NCBI RefSeq assembly: GCF_964204645.1
Contig: NC_134025.1
Location: forward strand, 26,516,299 to 26,580,298
Length of the DNA stretch: 64,000 nt
Origin: Tubulanus polymorphus
Lineage: Eukaryota; Animalia; Nemertea
Direction: 5' to 3'
Made by a program: the position numbers and the translations under genes. The notes below the pieces were generated by a model, which ran no database searches, was not told the origin of the DNA, and worked only from the letters and a program-made list of their open reading frames with translations. Positions 41,201 through 54,200 of the stretch are shown in pieces. The first letter of the stretch is position 1. Each line of letters opens with the position of its first letter.

Positions 41201-44200
41201 GCAAATAACAGTTGTCAGTCCTTTTCTTAATTATGAGGCTTACACCGTTTACGAGGTCATCATACTAGTTACAGATGATGGGTCCCCAATCAAATCTAGT
41301 AGTGGTACCCTGACAGTGAGCGTCACTAATGTACAAGAACCTCCTGTTTTCACAAAGCTACCAACAACAGTGAATATTCTTGAAAGTGAGACAGTTGCAA
41401 AAACAGTTTTTACCTTGGCAGCGGTTGATCCTGAAAATGATGCTGTAAGTTACAAATTGTCCGCAAGTCCTTTCGATGGCAAATTCTATATGGATGGTAA
41501 CAGTAAGTAGATTATCAACTATTGGTGCTGACAGAATTTCAGAACTTCTTATTCCTAACCATTCATCACGTAGATTAAAAGTCAAGTCTACACACATCAT
41601 TTTATTATAGGTATTAAACACAATGCTAATCCAGGATTTGATCACGAATTCAAATCAAGCTACATACTTAGCGTTTTAGCATACGATGGGAATGTTCCTG
41701 GTAATGTTGAAAGGTTAACTGTGATGATAGATAACGTTCCCGAAGTTCCAAAGTTTACCAACCTTCCTGGTGTGGCTACTGTCCCAGAGAATAGGGTTAA
41801 TTCTGCAACGATTTTCAAGGTTTGCCCTCAGAGGATAACTTGAGTATTTTGATGATAGATTGTACTTCAATGATTTTAAACATTTCTACAACTTTTTATC
41901 AAAGGTGCAAGCAGTTGACGAGGAAAATGATGCAATCACTTATAGTGTTGTTTCTGTTTATCCTCCCGAGGGTTCGAGTAAATTTACATTGGATTCAGGT
42001 GAATATTTTTTCATTGACAAATAATATTTCATTATACAAATAAAATCATTTTATTTACATGAAAATTATATTTCAAAATAAGCTATGTTATCATCAAAAG
42101 ACCGTTTGTATAAGAAAATCTATGCTATATTAGATTATCTTTTATTTGCAGCTACTGGTATTCTCACTCAATTAGCAAGTCCTCAGTTAGACTTTGAAGC
42201 GTATTTCAATTCGTACGAACATTTGATAAAGGCTTGTGATTCGAGTGGCTGCAGCTCCGCGAATCTAACAGTTGACGTTCGTAATATCAACGAGGTTCCA
42301 GTAACGAGTACACCAAAGAAAACCATTAGAATAAAAGAAACAGTTAGTTCATAATGTCATTTCTAATAAATGTATTGCAGTAAAGAATTCAAATAACAAA
42401 TATTTATTTTCTCCGTTTTTCTTCTTTCAGGAAACTGGAAGTTACACCCATGTTCCAGTCCACAGTGATACTTCTTGTACTCAATTAACGACAATTTACA
42501 CTAGTTTGATTACAATGAGCGGCTGTACTGTTAATGTCGTAATGACTGATCTCGATAAATCAAACGGTTACCCGTCATCATTCTATGCAGGCAAGTAAAG
42601 AAACTACTTGATGTTTGGTTACCAATTGGTTTGCATTTTGGCAGCACTCCATTACTCTCTCATTTCGTTTTACAATTCTAGATATAACAGAAAAGGATAA
42701 TGGTGGACTCTTTGCGACAATCGGAATTGAAGTCGAAATACAGAATGTTAACGACGAAACACCCGTGTTCACATTAGGCTCAAATCCGAGTTCAACAGTC
42801 TCAGAAGATGCCACTTCTGGAACGACAGTATTTTCATTCACTGTTACCGACGCCGATTTACCTCCATTTGACATTTTTTCTATAACTGTCGATCCATCCA
42901 CTTTAGCATGGAACTATTTCCAAGCATCTATGATAAGTGCGTCGGTCGGGATTGTAACGGTTAAATCACCTCCAGATAGAGAATCTATTTCAACTATGTT
43001 AATAAAAGTGTTAGCAGTTGATAGTGATTTTGTCTGGGTTCCTGCAACTATTAATACTGGTCAGATTAACCAAACGGTCACCATCACAAATGTAAACGAC
43101 AATATTCCTGTAATGAGCAAAGATCTATACAATTGGGAAATATCATCTACGGCGAAAATGGGAAAATATATTGGTGTATTGTCAGCCACAGATGGAGATA
43201 TAGGTACGTGTATTGTTTGTAAGAGGATAGCTTCTTATCTCGAGTAAGAGATTGAGGCTTGCTCTTAATAGAATTTGCTTTTTTTTCCATTTTAGAGTTT
43301 AATATTGTAAGTTATGAGTTTCTGTACAGTTCAACTGAGTTCACATTAGGACAGTCTACTGGTGATGTAAATAGCCGCGTTACACCTTTACTCGACAAGC
43401 ATAAATACCTACTCTATGCTGTTGCCAAAGACAATGTACCAGTTCCTCCATCTTTTACCTCCTTGTAAGAAAGATTTAATAACGAAAATTAAGTTAGATT
43501 AACAGATGCATTGAATTCATGTTTCTTTTTATATTCATTCTCTATTCATCAGAGTTAGTACAATAAGAATTGACACCTACAATGAATCTGATGTTCTATC
43601 AAGCTGGTATACGAATAAAACGCTGGATTATTGGATACCTTCAACGATTCAAGACTTCTTAGCTGCAGCGAGTTCTGTTTGTGGAAAGTGTGTGGCAAGG
43701 CTTCACAATGTTTCTGATGTGGAGTACCGGTGTGTTTCCTATTAATCTTAGATCTAACAACGTCTTTTAATTTGTATTCATATTTTTCTCTATATCATTT
43801 CGATTTGCAGTACCAATTCGAAGCTTTTGCTTTACTTTCTACAAGATGATTCGACAAATCTTATTGGAAATATAGGCCGAAGAAAGGAGTTCATGAACGT
43901 TGATTCCTTGATAAATCTGTATACCGAAGATACCAATGGAACTCCAATACAGGCCATACAAACAAATGCCTTGTTTTCTGGGTTTCCCGTTTCGAAAATT
44001 GAAAGAACAGTTGCTTCATCTGAGGTTCCTTATAACTTCTGGAGGGACAATATTGGTGCTCACTTGTTGATTGGATCTGGCCAGTGTATAGCATTAGCTC
44101 TGGTTCTTGGATTTATCGCATGGGCAACCTATAAAAGCCACCCGGGGCCATTAAATAAACAGTGAGTTGAATTAAAGCCGAGTGGTTTAAAAGTAGATGA

Positions 44201-44505
44201 TAAGTAAGGAATTTATAATAGATTCTTAATGCTACTATGTCAATTATTTTCTTTACAGCGCTATGGCTGATGATTTTATATACAGTCGGCGGTCCGTACT
44301 CAATAACAAAATATGGCCTGCTTGGCAAGACATAACACCTGCACCAACCACTTCACCGAGAGTTATTATCAGGAATCAGAAGACGAACCATCCTCTTCCC
44401 AGCCCACCGAGGCGTGAGCCAAGCAATGCAAGCACATCTGATGTTGTTTTCAATATTCATCCGGGGTCGACGGGTGATGGCTTCATTCCTATGGACAACT
44501 GGTGA
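17146..44505 (+). CDS. Giant cadherin-like type I membrane protein, gene A (long model ~6915 aa: signal, 39 Cys-domain repeats, ~7 cadherin repeats, TM, tail)
   Basis: All predicted exons join in frame (20748 nt when the internal signal exon at 25771 is skipped), with no premature stops in any exon. Whether 17146-25256 really splices to the downstream part is an inference. Confidence 0.75.
17612..25256 (+). CDS. Upstream domain array of gene A: A-B-(C-D-E-F)x3, 14 single-exon domains
   Basis: Exons A 17612-18028, B 18105-18545, C 18618-19058, D 19156-19632, E 19758-20192, F 20276-20761, C 20837-21277, D 21369-21845, E 21929-22363, F 22526-23011, C 23107-23547, D 23671-24147, E 24246-24680, F 24771-25256. 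All are phase 1-1, with lengths 417/441/441/477/435/486 by type. Confidence 0.9.
25771..25837 (+). CDS. Second (internal) signal-peptide exon S2 of gene A; starts a ~4790-aa model
   Basis: MGKIVLGLLWICSFLMSTVIGQ followed by G|gtacgt. Same 67-nt length and GQ end as S1, and it is followed by new A and B domains. Confidence 0.85.
26131..40427 (+). CDS. Downstream domain array of gene A: A-B-(C-D-E-F)x4-G-H-I-J-K-L-M, 25 domains
   Basis: A 26131-26547, B 26629-27069, C 27148-27588, D 27684-28160, E 28341-28775, F 28869-29354, C 29444-29884, D 29973-30449, E 30533-30967, F 31169-31645, C 31737-32177, D 32436-32912, E 33244-33678, F 33778-34263, C 34355-34795, D 34886-35362, E 35492-35926, F 36005-36490, G 36574-37020, H 37103-37576, I 37662-37805 plus 37885-38193, J 38278-38706, K 38782-39237, L 39336-39785, M 39951-40427. 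All phase 1-1. Confidence 0.9.
32994..33178. repeat. Intronic foldback (inverted repeat with ~77-bp arms)
   Basis: gataataagataaaaacccactac...cgaacaatctaaa mirrored by tttagattgttcg...gtgggtttttatctaattatc with few mismatches. Confidence 0.85.
40539..44505 (+). CDS. Cadherin repeats, membrane-adjacent domain, TM helix and cytoplasmic tail of gene A
   Basis: Exons 40539-40688, 40771-41112, 41200-41502, 41611-41819, 41905-41998, 42152-42342, 42431-42590, 42682-43203, 43296-43464, 43553-43729, 43811-44161, 44259-44505. Cadherin Ca-binding motifs include PEN, ATDGNGD, INFE, TDSNDPP, LNYE, LDFE, NVNDETPVF, TDAD, DRE and NVNDNIP. Hydrophobic helix at ~44061-44132; ends GFIPMDNW. Confidence 0.9.
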
Positions 44506-45210
44506 CAAAAACATCTCTTCTAGAGTTTCAACAGTTTAGATCTGTCATACGCTTACACGACGTCATCGGTTATCTGCCAGTGCATGTTGGTAATATGTGC
44601 AGTTACATATGAATTATTATGCATTATGCGCACAAATTAGTAGTATATATTAATGTATTTAGCTTTTATATGGTTGCATTTCATTTCGTTGCGTTACGAC
44701 TTTCTTCATTCCACACTTCGAATATATTGTATGAGATTTATTATCCGTTTTTATGTGTTTTGAATAAATATCAATGTAATGAAACATCATCGTACATGAA
44801 GTACTTCAACATTTTATTCGGTAATATTAGACCGCGCAGGAAGACCATTGTTTCTGTAAGTAATTTGAATTTCTCGTTCATCAGTCGAAAGCCAGAATCG
44901 TTTTTAAGAAATTGTATAAGACAATGCACCCCGTGTGACAATCCATTTCTATTCTACATCCATACAGTAAAAAGGTACTTATACAATTTTGTGTAGAAAC
45001 AGTGTTTATTCAAAAATAGCACTAAAATTAACATGTATAAAGGTGATTGTGAAAATAAAAACATGTGAGACAAATAGTGTCATATTTGGCACGTGACATT
45101 TCGAAGAAATGAGACATCTTTAAAATTAAGTGAACAAATTACAGAACGTATACAATATATATAATGCAACACAAATATCATATCTACTTTGTATTACTTT
45201 GGTGTAGAAA

Positions 45211-48200
45211 TTACCAATTATCCATTGGTATATAACCTGTATCGTTATTGCCATGTTTGAGATTAATATTTACATCGGATGAACTCGTTTTACTCGCTTC
45301 CCTTGATGGACCTTTCGGAGTAGAGGGTCGTCGTGTTATGTTAAGAGCAGTGCTTCGAGCGGCCCGAGATCTCCTAGGGGTAGGGGTTCGATTCTGCTCA
45401 ACCTGAAGAGCTGTTTCTTCAATATCCTTAGTGACATTGCTAGTTTTTATTTTGTTCTGATCATGTCCCCTCGTCACGAGAGCATCATCAAGCGACATCC
45501 TGCGTAGATTGATTAGATTTTCAAAAGTTAATTTCGTTCCTTGAAACAAGAATACGCTGTATTTCGATATATGAATCTCAACTCACCGCGATGCTGTTGG
45601 ATTGGGATGGCATTTATAGGCAGCCCAAGCAAGAATTCCTAGGAACAGAGCTAACGAAGAACTTATTCCCATGCCCATAACTATGTGAGCGCCAGCATTA
45701 TCGTGCCAAAAATCATAAGGTACTACCGGAGCTGGTACAGTTCGCTCGATCTTTGTAACAGGGAATGCAGCAAATAGAGGGTTTGTTCTTATGTCTGCCA
45801 CTGGGGTTCCGTTAACAGTATAAAGATCCAGAAAAGAATCTACGTTTAGAAATTCCTTTTGCTTTCCAATATTGCCTAAATTGTTGCTTGTATCGTCTTT
45901 AAGAAAGTAGAGTTGGAGTTTCGATTTACCATCACTGCAAATGAATAGTAAAAAAAATAAAACAATCACGCATGATTTACTGCTACCAAATAAAAACTAA
46001 CGTGGATATACGTACGCTGTGCCTGTGACGTTGTGTAAGCGAGCAATACAAGTTCCACAAACAGAACTTGCTGCAGTCAAGAAACTTTGAATATTTGCCG
46101 TTGTCCAGTAGGTAGGTGGTTGGTCGGTGTACCAACTTGATAACGAGTCACTCTCGATATACGTATCAATTCTAATTGTACTTACCCTAAAAATTCATGC
46201 ATTCATTATAAACTAAATGAATCAAGTATTGTTTTTTAATCAGAAAATGGCGACATAAAAATAAACGTTTTTATACTGACAAAGATGAATAGAAGATAGG
46301 TGCAGGTCCTGCATCCTTCGCTGTCACGTATAAAACGTATTCATGCCAGTCTAGTAACGGTGTTACTAGACTGTTGACATTCCCACTGCTTGCTTCAACT
46401 ATAAATTCAGAAGAGCTGTACAGGAGATGAAACGACACCGAGTTGAATTCTGGAATGAAATGGCGAAGAAGAATAAAAAGTGAAACAAGAAAATACAGAA
46501 TATGAACACCGAAGCAGCCACAAAACCTACTTCCAGCTGATGAATATTACATACCTACATCCGCATCTGACGCCGTGAGGGTTCCTAGGAGTTTACCGAT
46601 AGTAGCTATTGAAGATATTTCCCAATTATAAAGGTTCTGACCCATCACAGGTATATTGTCGTTAATATTGGTGATAGTGACCGTGTGGGTAATTTGACCA
46701 GTGTTAACAGTTGGAGGAGCCCATATATTATCACTGTCGACTGCTAACACTTTTATTGAGATAGTTGAAATAGATTCTCTATCTGGAGGTGATTTAACCG
46801 TCACAATCCCGATTGACGAACTTATCATAGATGCTTGGAAATAGTTCCACGCTGATGTGGATGGATCGACAGTAACAGAAAAAGTGTCAAATGGAGGCAA
46901 ATCAGCGTCGGTAACAGTGAACGAAAATACTGTACTCCCAGGAGAAGCGTTCTCGGCAACAGTAGCAGATGGATTTGGTCCCAACGTGAAAGCTGGTGTT
47001 TCATCATTGACGTTTAAGATTTCAGCTATGATCGAAAATGTAGCAAAGAGACCACCATTATCCGTCACTTTCACATCTGAAATGTTTAGAATAATCAGCA
47101 TCAATGACATGGCCTAAAACTATCACAAAGGACTAAAACTCACAACACATACCAAGATAGAATGTCGATGGTTTTCCACCTGCCTTGTCAATATCTACAG
47201 GGCCAATTCCAACGACACAGTTGGTTAGAGTAAATAAATTACTATAGATACTCGGATATTTGGTACATGTATGGGTGGCACCAGCATCTACATCTAACGG
47301 AACAATAGTGTAGCTCGAAGTTTGCTGAAAAATTTGGCAAACAAAATTTCTTTTTTTTAAATTATCGAAAATATGACGGATTTTGTTCGCTCAAATTGAT
47401 ACTAACCGTTTCTTTAATTCGAATTGTATGTATCGGATAACTGAAATATGGCGCTTCGTTGATATCGGAAACACTGACAGTAAGATTAGCAGTTGTACAG
47501 CTTACCGGATCACAAGCCATAATAGCCTGTTTATACGTATTGAAATATGCTTCATGGTTTAATGCCACATTCGCTAATTGGGTAATAACACCAGTGGCTG
47601 AAAGTGTATAGAAAGATAGGAAACATAGAAAGATAGGAAACCAACATTTAAATTAATTGCATTCAAGGTTGAAGTAATACGACTGCAAGGTCCACGTGAC
47701 ATCGGCTTGATATTTGAATTCGTAGATACCTGAATTAATTTGAAACATGCTTGAACCTTCGGGCGGGTAAACAGCCGTTATTGTATAGTTGATAGTTTCA
47801 TTTTCGTCATCAACTGCATTTACCTACGCGTGGAAAAAATACACCCATTAGACATTAAGATATTGATATTGAAATATCGAAATTTATAGATAATACATTG
47901 GACTGGAATATAAATTCCAGTCCAGTTGCTTATATATTGAAAAAACCTACAGTGAAAAACTGAGACGTATCAACTCGGTTTTCATCGAGCGGTGCGGTTC
48001 CGGGCAGATTCGTAAATCGCGGTGCCTCAGGAACGTTATCTATGAATACAGTCAGAGTTCCAACTGTCCCAGGTACATTTCCATCATAAGCCAAAATGCT
48101 TAAAGTGTAGGTTGAGGTGAATTCGGTATTGAAATTCGGATTCGCGTTGTATTTAAGAACTACAAGATAGAGATGGAACTAAAATGTTCATACAAAATAT

Positions 48201-51200
48201 ATGTTCCAGTAGCGTTGATGTCGGGCCTATATATAAAACATTTCAATATTTCATTGTTTTCTTAAGATATGACAATGTAATCAATCTTACCGTTACCCAC
48301 GAGACTGAATTTCCCGTCCAATGGACTTGCTGATAACATGTATGATACAGTATCATTCTCAGGATCGACTGCTGCCAATGTAAAAAAGTTACTCGCTGCA
48401 GTGACACTTTCGGAAATGTTTACAGTTGTCGGTAGTTTCGTGAATACAGGCGGTTCTTGTACATTCGTCACACTAACAGTAAGAGTACCACTACCCGATT
48501 TTATCGGGCTTCCATCGTCAGTTACTCGTACAATCACCTCATAAACAGAGTGAACCTCGAAATTTAGGAAAGGACTGACGACTGTTATCTGCCCTGTTTA
48601 AAAAAAACCATATCTAACTTCAGATTGTTCTTATTGTTCCCAAATCATCTATAGAATCATTCTGTATTGGAATGTTACCTTACCATTGGCTCCATCCATT
48701 AAAAATGGAGAACTCGCTACATTGGTACCGCCTGATGAAACGCTTTGAATAGAATATGTTATAGTTTGTGCCGGCAAATCTTCATCTGTATGTGCAGCAT
48801 CAAATACCTGACCAGTATAATCTTCCGCAAAGGTAACAGTAGCTGCCGCGTTTGCTACATTGGGTGCTAAATTGCTTGCAACTGGAGGATCATTCGAATC
48901 TGTGATTGTAATCGTCAATACTTTGTCAGTGACGCTGTAGACTCCGTCAGTAACATAAACACCTAAAGAGTACGTTGTAGGATCAACCTCGAAATTGATA
49001 GTTCCCGTTAACGAGATATCTCCAGCTAAAATGAATAACACGTGGTCAATTAGAGATGTTATTATCATAAATGACTGTATGAAAATATGTTGATTTATAT
49101 TTTGCACTCACTGGCAGTATTGATGGTGAATGGCCCGACTCCAGCTTGGATTGAATAAGTAAGTGTATCACCATTGCCGTCAGTGGCTGTGGCGTTAAAT
49201 ATATCGGAACCTGATGTCGTATTTTCCGGTATAGATACCGCTCCATTTAGATTGGTAAAAACTGAAGTGAAACAGTGTCAATGTATATATAATGCTAAAA
49301 TGTGTAAAATCTGTAAGACGGGTGTAGTGCGACTGATCTATGTAATTGTCAAGGAAACTTACTTGGTGCACAATTCTTATCAGCCAGTATGCTTGAGCAA
49401 TACAAATTATTCGTTAATGGTGTTTCGATATATTTCGCGGTACTGTGAGCCTGCACGTATGCGCATAAATAAGCGGCATTAGGACACTTTGCTTGTGGGA
49501 TCATGTAATTTATTTGGACGTCAACTATGGAGGTCGTTGCCCCAGCTGCCATCGCCGCTTGTGTCTGTGCAGGTGTTGCGTATGTCACGACTCCACTTTG
49601 TGCAATACCCAAAGTATTCGCCCCACCACCGGGTCTGATATCAGCATCGGAGATGTACCATTTTACTTCGTAATTAGAGTTTCCACCGGTTGCTGCTAGT
49701 ATGTTGTTGCCGTAATCGGCGGTTGTTGCTCCAACGTTTTGTAAATTAACAGTGAATTTGTAGTTAATTGCTGCACGATCGTTTAGTTTTTCACCACCGG
49801 TGACTGGTCCTAGCGCCGATAGACTCGTGATTTCGACATCTACAATTCAAAGGAATATAATACACCGCTCATCAGTAATGCCTGTTTCAAAATTCGACGG
49901 AAAGCTAAATCAAACAAGGATAACGTTGGAGGAGAATTTGATAGTACTGAATAATTGATAATTTTACCTGGGAAACATGTTTTCTGCGCAACTATATTGC
50001 TGCATTTGTAATTGTTGTTTGAATTAACATCTGTGTACGTTGCGCCAGTTCCTTCTTGCGTTCTAGCGCAAATAAATTTGATTTTGTTGCAGTCTACTGA
50101 ATCCGGCATCGTAATAGAACTTGTTCCCGCAAAATTACCTGAAGCAGGCAACAATGCATTGGCGCTTCCTAATGCATCCGCTTTATTGATAGTGGTTGTT
50201 GAAACTACGGAAACTGTGGCAGTCGCACCTGTGCTTAAATCAACGTCCGTCAAAGTCAATGTGATGTTGAAATTAACATTACCCGCAGAAGCAGCTGTTA
50301 TGATTGAGTTTCCACCGGGTGCTATATTTTGTAAAATGACATCAAATCCTGAGGTTGGAACATTAACTGATCTTACAAACGTGTCTGTTGGTGCCGTAAA
50401 TGAATTCACAATTGGATCTGAAAATTATATTTGTAGAATGGAAGATGCATCTACATCAATCAACATATCAAATTCTTTGAAAATGAATAAATAATAACCT
50501 AATTTAGGGCTTACCTGGATTACAACCTTTGACAGACACTACTGTAGAACAGGAAACGTTATTAGTTAACACATTGTCGACCCATTTTGGACCAGTTCCT
50601 GGTTTTATTCGGCCACAAAGATAATCGGCCTGAGGACAATTAGCTGTAGGAAGTGTCACAGTTGCTGATGCTCGGATCGTTACAGATGTTGTCCCACTAT
50701 CAGCCGGTAAAGCTGCCTGATCATTTGTACTGACGGTTGCAGCAAAATTACTTGTTAATGACGAAGATCCACTACTATCAGACGCAAAGTATAGTTCAAA
50801 TGCATAATTTTTGTCCCCAAGTGTGGCAGCAAGAATATCGTTGCCCAGTCCTGTCGGAGCCGTATTGAGTATAATGGCATCGAATGTGACTGTAGTAGAT
50901 GAGCCTTGTGGAATACTTGTTAGTCCTACCCAAGATGGGTTGCTAGGTGCTGGTGCCTTCCACGTTGGATCTGAATAAAGGAATGAACGTTAGTGTGAGA
51001 CTATTCATTCGTTTTACATAGATTAGAATGTTTATTCAACTTATAGGAAATTACATGCTTTAAGGTAATACGTACCTGGCTTGCACATTCGTTGCGTTGT
51101 TTGGCAAAACTTATTGTCAGTTGTCACGGCATCAACAAACGAAGCTCCTGTACCTGCCTGCACCTCTACACACACATGTGTCACTCGAGGACAAGTATAA

Positions 51201-54200
51201 TCGGTCAACGCTGGGAAATCAACGGTAGCTCCTGTGAAGGTGTGAGTCGTTGTGGCCGCTATACCAACCTGGCGTTTTGCGACAGTCAGTCCACTTATTG
51301 TAAGCGTCGATATGACTGAGAATGACCCCGGTGTAACTTCCTGTTCGTAAGTGTATGTAAATACGTAGTTTTCATTCGTTCCTGTTACTGCGGCAATATT
51401 GTCCGTTGTAGCAGCATTCTGGACGTCTATTTGCAGGGCAACCCCAGTTTGAACCACACCCAGAGTGAGTTCCGGTGGAGTTGTGAACGTTGGTAATTTA
51501 ATATCTGCAAGATTTACTCAAAACAAATAGTGACGATTGATGATGATACAGGTCTGGATATTATGCAAATAGATTTACTTACTTATCGCACAACTCACTC
51601 TATCCTTGATGTATATACAGCACCAATCGTTTGGAGTAAGGTTAATGAACCCAGTTACGGTCCCTTGTCCAATTCCTGCGCATAGATAGTTTGTTCTGTC
51701 ACATTTAGCAGAGTCAACGTTGATGTTTGTACTTCCACTAAGAGTGTAAGTCTGGCCATAATTCAAACCAACTTTCAGATCATTAGGCCCAGAGGTAACT
51801 GGAACGAGCGGAGATGCTAGAGAATCCGAAGCGATTCCAACAGCTCGTACGTCATACTGGGTCAGTCTCAAATCGATGGCAAAATTAGTATCTGCAAGTA
51901 TTCAACAATATTTATGAGGTTTGGTTGATTTATATTCTCGATTTGATCTTGTAAGATTTTATGGTGAATACCAGCTGTTCCCACAGTTGTTGCTATATCT
52001 TGGGCTGGTGGATCAGGTCCTATATGTTTTATCGTAGCCGTGAATGTTATCGCACTAGTAGATCCGCTATTATAAATTGGACTGCTATCATCTGCAAAAC
52101 TTGTACAATTCCAATCTGAAAAAAGTAGAAAATGAATTTCGTTGTTGTTGAATTTCTACTGCCGAATTTTCTTATTTCGTATACAAACCTGCTGTACAAG
52201 CTTTCAAATTCGCAAGACTTTGACATTTAACATTATTCGTCTGAACATCATCGGTGAATTTTGCATTAGTACCAGCCGTTACATTAACACATATGAATGA
52301 AGCTGCCTTGCAAATGGCGCTTGGGATTTGGTAATTCACGATCGCATCTAGGTTAGAATTGCCACCAGCTGCTAGCGCAGACTGTCTTTCCGAAGCCGTT
52401 GGGTAGGAAATAACTGGGCTAGCGACAGTATTTGAGAGCGTGTTGGGGCTGCCTGTTGTAACGTCTACATCAGATACAAATGCACTAACGTCAAAATTAT
52501 AGTTGCCAGTCCCAGTAATTGCGATAATGTTATTGCCATAATCCGCAGTAGTTGGTGCGACGTTTTTCAAATTCAATGCTAATTTCAAATCAATAGCTGC
52601 ATTGTCGTTAATAAGTTGTCCTGTAGTCACAGCAGTGGGTGTAAAAGTAAACACTTCCACATCTGCCAAATAAAAGCATGATTAGAATTTCACTTCCATT
52701 TTGTCATGAGCAATAGATTCATTTATGAACGAAGATTTACATATTTGCCTACCGGGATAACAAGACTTTTGAGCAACGATATTGGCGCACTTGTAATTAT
52801 TTGTCAAATCCCTATCAGTGAAGGTCGCTCCAGTTCCAGTAGCGGTATGAGCACACAGGAATTTGATACTATTACAAGTTGATGCATCTGGCATAGTAAC
52901 TGTTGAGGTACCACTGATTGATCCAGTAGCTGGAAGAAGAGCAGCTCTCGCCAGAGCGTCACCTTTAGAAACATCACTCGTAAAGGGCAAAGAAATAGTT
53001 GGGGCGGTACCAGTAGAAAGATCGACATCACTCAAATACAAAGAAACATCAAAATTCACTCCACTTCCAGACGCTGCTTGTATATCAGTGTGACCGGCAG
53101 GTGCATCATTTTTAAGAACAATCGTAAAACTCGTCGATACTGCCACTCCTCGTTGAAAGACAACTGATGACGTTGGTGTAAATGCTTGGACGATTGGATC
53201 TAAAAGAAGGTTCATTAAGATTGAAAAACAAAGACAAAATCATCGGAAGACGAAAGTTAAACGCGAGGGTGGTAATTAGAACAAACCTGGGCTGCATTGT
53301 ATATCAGCACTGATATCTACACATTGAAAATTATTAGTTGCCACTGTTTCTGCTGCATATTGCGCGTTTGTTCCTCGATCAACAGTGGCACATAGATATC
53401 GAACACTCAAACATTTTGTTGCATCAGGTATTTTATAGTTGATATTTATCGAGGTTAATGAATGTGTAGCCTGGGCTGCCATTGCTGCTTTTCTTTCCGT
53501 CGATGCTGATGCTGATGTGTAAGTCAATGAGGCGATATTGCCAAGTGCCAAAGTATCACCACCTCCGACATCACTGTCTGACAGATATGCTGTCACAACA
53601 TAGTTGAAATCATTTGCTCCTGTAGCTTGTAAGATATTGTTTCCTAGACCTGTAGTTGCGACATTTTTCAAATTGAGGTCAAATTTGTAGTTGATGGCTG
53701 ATTGATCATTAAGTTTCTCGCCAGAAGTTACAGGAGCGTTTGAGACAATTGCCAATACATCAATATCTGTAAAAAGGAGCATTTACATTTAGGAGGTAGC
53801 CAAATTGATATTTTGATAAACGATAGGCTTTCATTTGGGTTGTATTTGGTCGATGAGAACTATTGTTACCTGGAAAACATGATTTCTGCGCAGTAATATC
53901 CGCGCATTTACAATTATTCGTAGCGTCACCATCGGTGTAAGTTGCACCAGTTCCAGGCACTAGTTGGGCGCACAGATAATTGGCATTGTTACAGTCTGCT
54001 GTTACAGTTGGCATTGTTACTGATCCAGTTGCTGAAATTGGTGCTGTGGTAGCTCCTGACGCTAGTGCTACCTGACTACTTACAGTGGATACAGAAGTTG
54101 CTATTCCCGGTAATGTACATATCAACATATCAGCGTTTGCAAGAATGAGGTTCGTTTTGAAATTAATATTTCCTCCCGTTGCGGCTGCTATATCAGCATT

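Noticed and set aside
47608-47925. 17-bp tandem duplication (atagaaagataggaaac x2) and a small hairpin (ggactggaat...attccagtcc)
   Set aside because: Ordinary local intronic slippage or inversion events.
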